28,002 nt of DNA from a virus. Its lineage: Duplodnaviria > Caudoviricetes. This document shows positions 9,533 to 15,649 of the stretch, piece by piece. The translations under genes were made by a program, and so were the position numbers. Under the pieces are notes generated by a model, which did not search any database, was not told where the DNA came from, and saw nothing but the letters and a program-made list of their open reading frames with translations. Numbering within the stretch: position 1 is the stretch's first letter; each line of letters opens with the position of its first letter. The stretch is from positions 1 to 28,002 of IMG/VR virus record IMGVR_UViG_3300047561_000322, one strand, 5' to 3'.

Positions 9533-10543
9533 TTATGCTGCAATGGCAAACGAACAATTTTTGCACATTGTATCATACGAATGTTTAACAATTCTAACAT
9601 GTTCGTCATTGCCCCAAAACTCTCTCAATGGTGTATTGATAATATTACCAAATTTGTAATCATAATTATAGTCATTGCAACAAATAAATACGTCACCTGC
9701 CGCATTGATGTGTAGCCATTCTGAAGTTCTATCTCCACCATTGTTACATCCAACAACTGATTTTTTATTATTAAAAACAAGTCTCTGAATACTTTCTGCG
9801 TTTGTCATAATGTGACTCAAAGATGCGGCTCGATCAATCAAATATGGATTATCAAAAACATTTAAAGTAGGAAACATCGACTTAGCAAGAGACTTCTGGG
9901 TCGACAACTCCCCTGTTTTCATATCGAGATCCATCTCTAGTGTATCAAATTCTGGACCTTTTTGCAACCATTTTCCCGTGAAGGAGTGTTCATTCAATCC
10001 ATTAATTTGAACGCTGATTCCATTCGGTTTTAAATATTCTAGTTTGTTTTCTGCATATTTGATATTATCAATTAGTTTATCAAACTGTTGTGCTTTAAAT
10101 CCAGTTCGTTTGACCCACAAGTCTCTCTCAAACGCAGGAGTATTAATGCACAATCCAACCACAACATCTTTATATTCATTCATTAAATCTGTTTTTTCGG
10201 GACTCAATGGAACGCCGTTTGTCAAAACCATTGTTACAAACTTACGTTCTCTACAGAGTTGCAATAAATTTTCAAAATGTTTGTAGAGTAGGATTTCGTT
10301 GTAGTGTGCAGTATAAAAGAAATGAAATCCAGGATCCACTAGTCCATCTGGTCGATTTTTTTCTTCAACAATATTGTCAAGAATTTTTGCCAAGTCCTCA
10401 ACAGACATGGTAACTTTACCTTCTACAGGCAACTCTTGATATTTTACTGGACAAAACCAACACTTTGCATTACAATATCCAAATGGATCCAACTGTAAAG
10501 ATTTTATTTTTGTGTTTTTAATTTTTTCACTGATATCAAACAT
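9533..10543 (-). CDS. radical SAM protein with C-terminal SPASM/twitch domain
   Basis: CNAKCWFC (CxxxCxxC), LTNG, and C-terminal C...GDVFICC...FGNI...LREFW...CKNC. Confidence 0.85.
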   Translation of the reverse strand: MFDISEKIKNTKIKSLQLDPFGYCNAKCWFCPVKYQELPVEGKVTMSVEDLAKILDNIVEEKNRPDGLVDPGFHFFYTAHYNEILLYKHFENLLQLCRERKFVTMVLTNGVPLSPEKTDLMNEYKDVVVGLCINTPAFERDLWVKRTGFKAQQFDKLIDNIKYAENKLEYLKPNGISVQINGLNEHSFTGKWLQKGPEFDTLEMDLDMKTGELSTQKSLAKSMFPTLNVFDNPYLIDRAASLSHIMTNAESIQRLVFNNKKSVVGCNNGGDRTSEWLHINAAGDVFICCNDYNYDYKFGNIINTPLREFWGNDEHVRIVKHSYDTMCKNCSFAIAA

Positions 10544-10544
10544 C

Positions 10545-11501
10545 TTAACAATCCTCGTAATTACCAGTCGAACATTCTTCAGTTCGTTCTTTTGTTTTAA
10601 ACTTTATACCTGCATATTTTTCATAGTCAGTAAGAGTTCGAACCGTTCCTAATCCATATTGGCCTTCATATGACCCTGTTAAGATCTTATCGACAGTATT
10701 AAATGCTTCTTTGTTTCTTTCATGAAAATTTATTGCTCGTTTAGAATCGTCTTCTTGATTCCAAACGTGAGGTCGACCTTTTCGTACATTCAATCTATCA
10801 CCATAGTGGTGCCAACTCACAGTTAGACAAGGATGGTATAGATTGAATCCATGCGTCCAACACCTTACGGTTGCAACGATTTCAGTACCCCAAAAAATAA
10901 TATTAGGATCATAAGGAACTTTATTACTAAAACTGCCATGGCCAAACATAAATCCACCATTTAGATATCGTGCTTTGATTGGGCGATTTTTATCGCCAAT
11001 GGGTAACGCTTGACCTTGTGGAAAATTCTTATCTGGTTCATAATACAAAAGAGTTTTACTAACATAACCTGCTGATTGTAATACTCTTTCACCTTCACTA
11101 TTTAATGTGTATGCGGCAGGATATGAAGCCATGATTGCTGGACCAGACATAACATTTTGAAATTGTTGATATTGATCCAACAAAATAGTATCCCAACCTT
11201 CAATAAATTCAAGATGACTGTCGATCTGAAGAAAGTAATCTTCACCATCATACTTCGCATGACATTTATTTAAAGCCCAGCAAAGACCATTGCTTTGTTC
11301 TGGTAAATAATTGTCTAACCTAACATCAATGATGCCTTTGTAACGTTTAAAGTTTTCCCAATCACTTTCAACATCTTGTTGGCAAATTCCAAATGTTAAT
11401 TGCCTAGGATTATTTGCCTGTAGGATCATTCGATCCACAGTCATTGCCAATTCGGCGTCCCTATAAGCAGGAATAGCAACAAAAATACTAGGCTTCGACA
11501 T
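10545..11501 (-). CDS. GT60-like (Skp1/polypeptide GlcNAc-transferase-like) glycosyltransferase
   Basis: IFVAIPAYRDAEL, FGICQQ, EDYFLQIDSH, WD, GGFMF, VPYDP, R.WTHG..LYHP motifs. Confidence 0.75.
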   Translation of the reverse strand: MSKPSIFVAIPAYRDAELAMTVDRMILQANNPRQLTFGICQQDVESDWENFKRYKGIIDVRLDNYLPEQSNGLCWALNKCHAKYDGEDYFLQIDSHLEFIEGWDTILLDQYQQFQNVMSGPAIMASYPAAYTLNSEGERVLQSAGYVSKTLLYYEPDKNFPQGQALPIGDKNRPIKARYLNGGFMFGHGSFSNKVPYDPNIIFWGTEIVATVRCWTHGFNLYHPCLTVSWHHYGDRLNVRKGRPHVWNQEDDSKRAINFHERNKEAFNTVDKILTGSYEGQYGLGTVRTLTDYEKYAGIKFKTKERTEECSTGNYEDC

Positions 11502-11518
11502 ATCTTAAATCTCCAAAA

Positions 11519-11845
11519 TTAACCAGTAATGATTTGATTTTGTGCAGTTATAATACCTGATCCGAAAATAGAATCATATTGGCGAACAATTTGTTCATCT
11601 GGAATGTATGTATAAACGACATGAAGATCATCAATAATAACAATCGAATCTTTTTTCTGTTGCGCTAACATAGGAAAAGGCACAAATCCAACTTGTGGAA
11701 GAGTTCCCTCAATTTGACTTGGCATCATCCTCAACAAAACAGGATTTGATAAAATATACTGATTACCCGAAGTTTGTCCAACTTTGGCAACAATATCTTC
11801 ACCAGTTACTAGTTTCAAACCAAGAATACCTTTTTCAATAGACAT
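11519..11845 (-). CDS. conserved T4-like hypothetical protein (LKLVTGEDIVA type, possible Sm-like fold)
   Basis: Start re-called to ATG 11845 (AAGGA RBS); the longer track start falls in a tRNA fragment. Confidence 0.7.
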   Translation of the reverse strand: MSIEKGILGLKLVTGEDIVAKVGQTSGNQYILSNPVLLRMMPSQIEGTLPQVGFVPFPMLAQQKKDSIVIIDDLHVVYTYIPDEQIVRQYDSIFGSGIITAQNQIITG

Positions 11846-11866
11846 ATTAATTTCCTTATTAAGAAT

Positions 11867-11891
11867 TGGTGGGCCCAACAGGACTTGAACC
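11867..11891 (-). pseudogene. 3' fragment of disrupted tRNA (probably Ile2): T-loop, acceptor 3' strand, ACCA
   Basis: GGTTCAAGTCCTGTTGGGCCCACCA; TGGGCCC pairs with GGGCCTA of the 5' fragment at 12586-12580. Confidence 0.85.
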
Positions 11892-11908
11892 CAGAGAAAG
11901 ATACTTTG

Positions 11909-11982
11909 TAGGCCCCTCCGGACTTGAACCGGAACAATACAAATTATGAGTTTGCGGCACTAACCAATTATGCTAGAGGCCT
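11909..11982 (-). tRNA. tRNA with CAT anticodon, probably tRNA-Ile2 (lysidine type); CCA not encoded
   Basis: AGGCCTC TA GCAT AATTGGTTA GTGC C GCAAA CTCATAA TTTGT ATTGT TCCGG TTCAAGT CCGGA GGGGCCT A folds as a full cloverleaf; GGCC acceptor and lack of initiator features favour Ile2. Confidence 0.85.
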
Positions 11983-12518
11983 ACAAAGCATCCTTGTCTA
12001 ATCTGTTTTATCTCTGCTTCCTTTATTATACGCAATTTCTTAGGAAATGTCAACCACTTAGCACGATCCCTATCAGTTTCATACCCCTTAACCTCTACAT
12101 ATAAATCCTTAGAGGGTATGTAGAAATCAGGATGATACCATCTTAATCCGTTCCATTCGTATTGGAATGCTTCTGTTGGTCGCTTAGGATCTAATCCTTC
12201 GGCTTTGGCCCAAAAGTAGAAATCAACTTCCCACTGACCTTGTAATTTGATACCATCTACAATGATCTGCTTGGTCCTTCCTCTGTTCTTACTTGAGTAA
12301 GACTCTGGATTGGCTAGTACTGCTCTCTTCATGCTGTCTGATAGTTTCTGCTTGGTCTCATCACTGTGTCTATACGCTGAGTTCTTCGCAACTATCATTG
12401 CCCTACCAGCATCGGTTAATGTTTCCATTATACGATCGGGATTGCTAGGGCACCTTCGAACGTGATTTGAATATCCAATCTTGTTTGTATATTCTTTAGA
12501 ACAGTGTTGACATTGCAT
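11973..12518 (-). CDS. putative homing endonuclease: Zn finger + NUMOD3 + PD-(D/E)XK nuclease domain
   Basis: CQHC...HVRRC, HSDETKQKLSDSMK (NUMOD3), WE...YHPDFYIP..LYVEVKG; GGAG RBS; TAG stop lies within the tRNA-CAT. Confidence 0.8.
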   Translation of the reverse strand: MQCQHCSKEYTNKIGYSNHVRRCPSNPDRIMETLTDAGRAMIVAKNSAYRHSDETKQKLSDSMKRAVLANPESYSSKNRGRTKQIIVDGIKLQGQWEVDFYFWAKAEGLDPKRPTEAFQYEWNGLRWYHPDFYIPSKDLYVEVKGYETDRDRAKWLTFPKKLRIIKEAEIKQIRQGCFVGL

Positions 12519-12527
12519 AATAGCTCC

Positions 12528-12557
12528 GAACTTTAATATGTTTATTTATCAAAGTTC
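12528..12557 (-). promoter_or_regulatory. hairpin abutting nuclease RBS and containing late promoter variant GATAAATA (12543-12550)
   Basis: GAACTTTGAT-AAATAAACAT-ATTAAAGTTC followed directly by GGAG-N5-ATG. Confidence 0.6.
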
Positions 12558-12586
12558 ACTGCTCTGACCAACTGAGCTATAGGCCC
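12553..12586 (-). pseudogene. 5' fragment of disrupted tRNA (probably Ile2), ends at U33 just before the anticodon
   Basis: GGGCCTA TA GCTC AGTTGGTCA GAGC A GTGAA CT: acceptor 5' strand, intact D-arm, anticodon 5' strand. Confidence 0.85.
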
Positions 12587-12594
12587 GATTAAGT

Positions 12595-12623
12595 ATTCTA
12601 ACACTAAACTTGCGTAGTGTCAA
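12595..12623 (-). promoter_or_regulatory. sigma70-type promoter
   Basis: TTGACA-17 nt-TAGAAT, 8 nt upstream of the 5' tRNA fragment. Confidence 0.8.
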
Positions 12624-12631
12624 TAGAATTA

Positions 12632-12714
12632 TGGTGGGGCTGGAGAGACTCGAACTCTCAAGCCGAAGCGTCTGGGCTTAAACCAGATGTGTTTGCCAAT
12701 TTCACCACAGCCCC
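12632..12714 (-). tRNA. trnL: tRNA-Leu(TAA)
   Basis: GGGGCTG.../CAGCCCC ACCA, anticodon arm TCTGG TTTAAGC CCAGA, long variable arm, GAGAG TTCGAGT CTCTC. Confidence 0.92.
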
Positions 12715-13338
12715 ATGTAATAATTCGTTAGCCCTATTATAATTAGCTCCTTTTGGCGTTAATCCAAGTTTTAACAACGCCTGTCTAATATTTTTAGTTG
12801 TATTTAATGCTTGCAAAAAATCATCATCGGAAACATATTGATCTTTTCTTTTATATATGTTTCTTCCTTTCCAAGTTTCGGTAAACGAATGACAGTTAGG
12901 ACATAACAGTTTCAAATTCTCTTTAATATTATTTTGATTATCCCCGTCTATATGTTCCAATTCTAATGTTATGGGTTTATCTAACCATTTGGATAAACCA
13001 CAATTTTCGCAAATATGTCCACGCTCATTAATCAAAAATCCTTTATGGTTTCCTAATTTACCATATTCGAATTTTGTGTTTAAAAATTTATTTTTACTCC
13101 AAGCCATTCTTTTTTTAGTTTCTTCCGGAAGATTTTTATATCTCTCTGATCCAGAAATTCTTAAACCATTTTCATATACTTTTTTTGTCGATTCTCTATT
13201 TTTAGATTTTATGGCTGGACAAGATTGTGATCTTTGTGAACACATTAAATTCCCCGAACCATTTTTGTATGTAGCTACATTTCCACAACCATATGAGCAT
13301 AAATCAGTAGTAATTATTGGATTTGATATAAGTTTCAT
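12658..13338 (-). CDS. HNH endonuclease (putative homing endonuclease) with Cys-rich N-terminus
   Basis: CENC...LELEHIDGDNQNNIKENLKLLCPNCH; last 18 codons plus stop are inside tRNA-Leu(TAA). Confidence 0.9.
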   Translation of the reverse strand: MKLISNPIITTDLCSYGCGNVATYKNGSGNLMCSQRSQSCPAIKSKNRESTKKVYENGLRISGSERYKNLPEETKKRMAWSKNKFLNTKFEYGKLGNHKGFLINERGHICENCGLSKWLDKPITLELEHIDGDNQNNIKENLKLLCPNCHSFTETWKGRNIYKRKDQYVSDDDFLQALNTTKNIRQALLKLGLTPKGANYNRANELLHGAVVKLANTSGLSPDASA

Positions 13339-13355
13339 AAATCGACTCTTGTTAA

Positions 13356-13397
13356 AACGGTATACTTTTATTTATAAAAAAACAAATGTATACCGTT
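13356..13397 (-). promoter_or_regulatory. hairpin enclosing T4 late promoter TATAAATA (13369-13376) upstream of HNH gene
   Basis: Perfect 10-bp arms AACGGTATAC / GTATACCGTT; exact TATAAATA in the loop. Confidence 0.7.
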
Positions 13398-13410
13398 CCA
13401 CCACTACCGC
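13387..13410 (-). pseudogene. 5' fragment of a tRNA-Leu-like gene
   Basis: GCGGTAG TG GTGGAACGGTATACA matches the class II/Leu 5' pattern (TGGTGGAA..GGTA.ACA), then breaks off; 10 nt downstream of the preceding tRNA. Confidence 0.65.
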
Positions 13411-13420
13411 AAAAATAAAA

Positions 13421-13493
13421 TGGAGCGGGGAGGAGGAATCGAACACTCCGTACCAGAAAGGTATTCTGGATATTGCCACTATATCATCCCCGC
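13421..13493 (-). tRNA. atypical tRNA-Gly-like gene (ACC in a shortened anticodon arm)
   Basis: GCGGGGA/TCCCCGC TCCA acceptor (Gly identity), D-arm ATAT/ATAT, CAGAA TACCT TTCTG, T-arm with bulge GGAGTG TTCGATT CCTCC. Confidence 0.55.
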
Positions 13494-13498
13494 AATAA

Positions 13499-13969
13499 CT
13501 ACGCTGCTATTCCTTTCAAACGATCAGCAGCATAAGATGCTGCAAAAGCCCTTGGTTTCACCATCGGTACTACGTTACACATACCTTTGATGTAACCAAT
13601 CGCTTCATTGATCACTATACTGGAATTATACATCTCATTTGGGTTGATGTCAAGATGAACTTCAATATCATTCTCGACGATTGCAGATAAATCTAAATAC
13701 ATTTCTGCTACTTTATAAACTTCAGTCATTAGTCTCATTCTTGGTTTTTTATTCAAGGCATCATAATCTCTTTCTCTAATGACTTGACCGAAAATTTTGC
13801 AACCGTGTTTGCCAGCGATATGTACTACGATTGCTATCGTGTAATCAGCATACCAAAGATCTCTGATTTTAATTCTCTCAGAGTCACAACCAACATAAAG
13901 TTTTGTATCAGGACCGCAACTTTCTACAAATTCCTTAACTTCTCTCAAGTTAATTTCTTTGTTTAACAC
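13499..13969 (-). CDS. YkuK/DUF458 RNase H-like protein
   Basis: LYVGCDS, RLMTEV, IEVHLDIN, KP.AFAASYAADR; GTG start with AGGAG RBS. Confidence 0.8.
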   Translation of the reverse strand: MLNKEINLREVKEFVESCGPDTKLYVGCDSERIKIRDLWYADYTIAIVVHIAGKHGCKIFGQVIRERDYDALNKKPRMRLMTEVYKVAEMYLDLSAIVENDIEVHLDINPNEMYNSSIVINEAIGYIKGMCNVVPMVKPRAFAASYAADRLKGIAA

Positions 13970-14006
13970 TTGCTTCTCCTTTTAAAGAACTTCTTAGAAG
14001 CCACTC

Positions 14007-14014
14007 TATTTATA
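14007..14014 (-). promoter_or_regulatory. T4-type late promoter
   Basis: Exact TATAAATA about 38 nt upstream of the YkuK-like gene. Confidence 0.6.
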
Positions 14015-14041
14015 TGGCTCCGGTGGAGAGAATCGAACTCC
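14015..14041 (-). pseudogene. 3' fragment of a tRNA (Asn-like)
   Basis: GGAG TTCGATT CTCTC CACCGGA GCCA; ...GGA-GCCA end is typical of tRNA-Asn; no 5' half upstream. Confidence 0.7.
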
Positions 14042-14087
14042 TATTAATATTGGTATATATTATATATAAAAATTCGATTTTATAAAC

Positions 14088-14163
14088 TGGTTCCACCTGA
14101 ACGAATCGAACGCTCGACCTTCTCCTTACAAGGGAGTTGCTCTACCAACTGAGCTAAGATGGA
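14088..14163 (-). tRNA. trnT: tRNA-Thr(TGT)
   Basis: TCCATCT/AGGTGGA ACCA, GCTC/GAGC D-stem, loop CTTGTAA, GAGCG TTCGATT CGTTC. Confidence 0.9.
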
Positions 14164-14171
14164 ATAAAAAC

Positions 14172-14194
14172 TTTACCACTAGAACTAAAAGGGC
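14172..14194 (-). pseudogene. possible 5' tRNA fragment (Thr-like)
   Basis: GCCCTTT TA GTTC TAGTGGTAAA resembles acceptor 5' strand plus D-loop; only 23 nt. Confidence 0.45.
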
Positions 14195-14204
14195 TTTGAA
14201 ACTT

Positions 14205-14411
14205 TTATTTATTCAACAACAACTCAATTTCATCAATACTTTCTTCAACTTCCCATGTACCGTGCGGAGGACCAAAAACAAACGTCACCTCGTCAACAGT
14301 TCCATCCTCTCTAACTCCTACTTGCCTGTGAACAGTCACAATCAAATCTTTCTTAATCAACAATTTATTACCCCTATGAGCAGGAGAAGCATTAGTGAGT
14401 TTAACAAACAT
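14205..14411 (-). CDS. small hypothetical protein (weakly FlbD-like)
   Basis: 68 aa, AGGA RBS; MFVKLT...LI.TV...VEESIDEI pattern. Confidence 0.6.
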   Translation of the reverse strand: MFVKLTNASPAHRGNKLLIKKDLIVTVHRQVGVREDGTVDEVTFVFGPPHGTWEVEESIDEIELLLNK

Positions 14412-14428
14412 AACAATTTCCTATTAAA

Positions 14429-14513
<85 letters not shown>

Positions 14514-14541
14514 AAATAGATTTATTTTAACGAACACATAT

Positions 14542-14570
14542 ATTATATATCACACACTAAACAAAGTCAA
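14542..14570 (-). promoter_or_regulatory. sigma70-type promoter for tRNA cluster
   Basis: TTGACT-17 nt-TATAAT with upstream A-tract. Confidence 0.75.
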
Positions 14571-14638
14571 GTCGTTTTTTGTTATAATATTATAAGGTGT
14601 TGGCACAAGTTTCTCCTAATCTTAACGTCGATTCAATT

Positions 14639-15079
14639 TTATATTTTTTGCACATCAACTTTAGCAGTTTTCAGAAAGTCTAAACCAGATTGATCACGGT
14701 ATGAATTTCTATAGTATACAGATGTGATGCCTGATTGATAAATCAACTTAGCGCAATCCATACAAGGTGCATGAGTAATAAACATAGTAGCGTCGTCTCC
14801 AGATTCTGTAGACTTAGCCAATTTCGCAATAGCATTTGTTTCTGCATGGAGACACTCCGGTTTAGTTTTTAAAGTAACGATTGGAATTCGATCAGTATAG
14901 TTATCAATTATTTCATCTTCACAGTTGTTATCCCAACCAGATGGCATACCGTTATAACCAATAGAAATGATGCGATCATTTTTTACGACAATCGCACCCA
15001 CATGAAGGCGTCGGGCAGAAGATAATTCAGCGAACACTTCTGCCGTTTTCATATACGCATCAATAAACTTTTGTTTCAT
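14639..15079 (-). CDS. cd: dCMP deaminase
   Basis: VGAIVVK, GYNG, HAETNAI, APCMDCAK zinc-deaminase motifs. Confidence 0.92.
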   Translation of the reverse strand: MKQKFIDAYMKTAEVFAELSSARRLHVGAIVVKNDRIISIGYNGMPSGWDNNCEDEIIDNYTDRIPIVTLKTKPECLHAETNAIAKLAKSTESGDDATMFITHAPCMDCAKLIYQSGITSVYYRNSYRDQSGLDFLKTAKVDVQKI

Positions 15080-15561
15080 AATAAATTACCATTATCATCA
15101 ACTTCGATCCAAGTAGAGTCTCCCATGTATCGAACTCGGCTTATATATTCATAATGTTCTGGTGCACCACAAGTCCAATCATTAGGACCATTGACACTTA
15201 AACCGATAACATTATTATTTCTGTTTGAAAATAACCAATAATATTGTCCATGAAAGACTTGGAAATTATAAGACGCTGAATGTACAGCATCTGTAATAAA
15301 CAATCTGCGTTTAATCTGTTCTGCTTGTTTTTGTAGAATATGCACCATTTCCATTATTCTATCATACTCTTGTTGAGCGTGCATTCTGGCAACATTAAGC
15401 ATTAAATCTTTTTGTTGTTTAACTGGAACTAAATCAAACTTTGGACCACCCGATTCAGTGGGATATGGTGTTATATTCCTATTCAAGAAGGTGACAAGAC
15501 TATCTCCAATCTTGATATCGAAACTAGTTCGACCTTTGGTTATATTTGATTTTTCAGTCAT
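15076..15561 (-). CDS. conserved hypothetical protein (DUF2452-like)
   Basis: Start re-called to ATG 15561 (track start is inside tRNA-Arg); TPYPTE.GGPKF, coiled coil, GQYYWL, P.DW, DSTW. Confidence 0.65.
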   Translation of the reverse strand: MTEKSNITKGRTSFDIKIGDSLVTFLNRNITPYPTESGGPKFDLVPVKQQKDLMLNVARMHAQQEYDRIMEMVHILQKQAEQIKRRLFITDAVHSASYNFQVFHGQYYWLFSNRNNNVIGLSVNGPNDWTCGAPEHYEYISRVRYMGDSTWIEVDDNGNLL

Positions 15562-15568
15562 ATTAATT

Positions 15569-15644
15569 TGGCCCGCCTGGCAGGGATCGAACCTGCGACC
15601 CACAGCTTAGAAGGCTGTTGCTCTATCCACTGAGCTACAGGCGG
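15569..15644 (-). tRNA. trnR: tRNA-Arg(TCT)
   Basis: CCGCCTG/CAGGCGG GCCA, ACAGC CTTCTAA GCTGT, GCAGG TTCGATC CCTGC. Confidence 0.96.
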
Positions 15645-15649
15645 TATTT

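Noticed and set aside
11909-11982. Initiator tRNA-fMet call for the CAT tRNA
   Set aside because: Position 1-72 is paired and the anticodon stem lacks three consecutive G-C pairs; elongator Met cannot be fully excluded.
11892-12552. Group I intron in the split tRNA
   Set aside because: The 3' piece lacks the anticodon through variable loop so splicing could not rebuild a tRNA, and the insert is almost fully occupied by ORF and tRNA with no room for a ribozyme core.
12971-13498. 175-aa plus-strand ORF
   Set aside because: Antisense shadow of the HNH gene and tRNA sequences; no recognisable motifs.
11867-14041. tRNA 3' fragments as prophage att sites
   Set aside because: No integrase in the window, the fragments are not direct repeats of any intact tRNA here, and the context is a lytic T4-like core.
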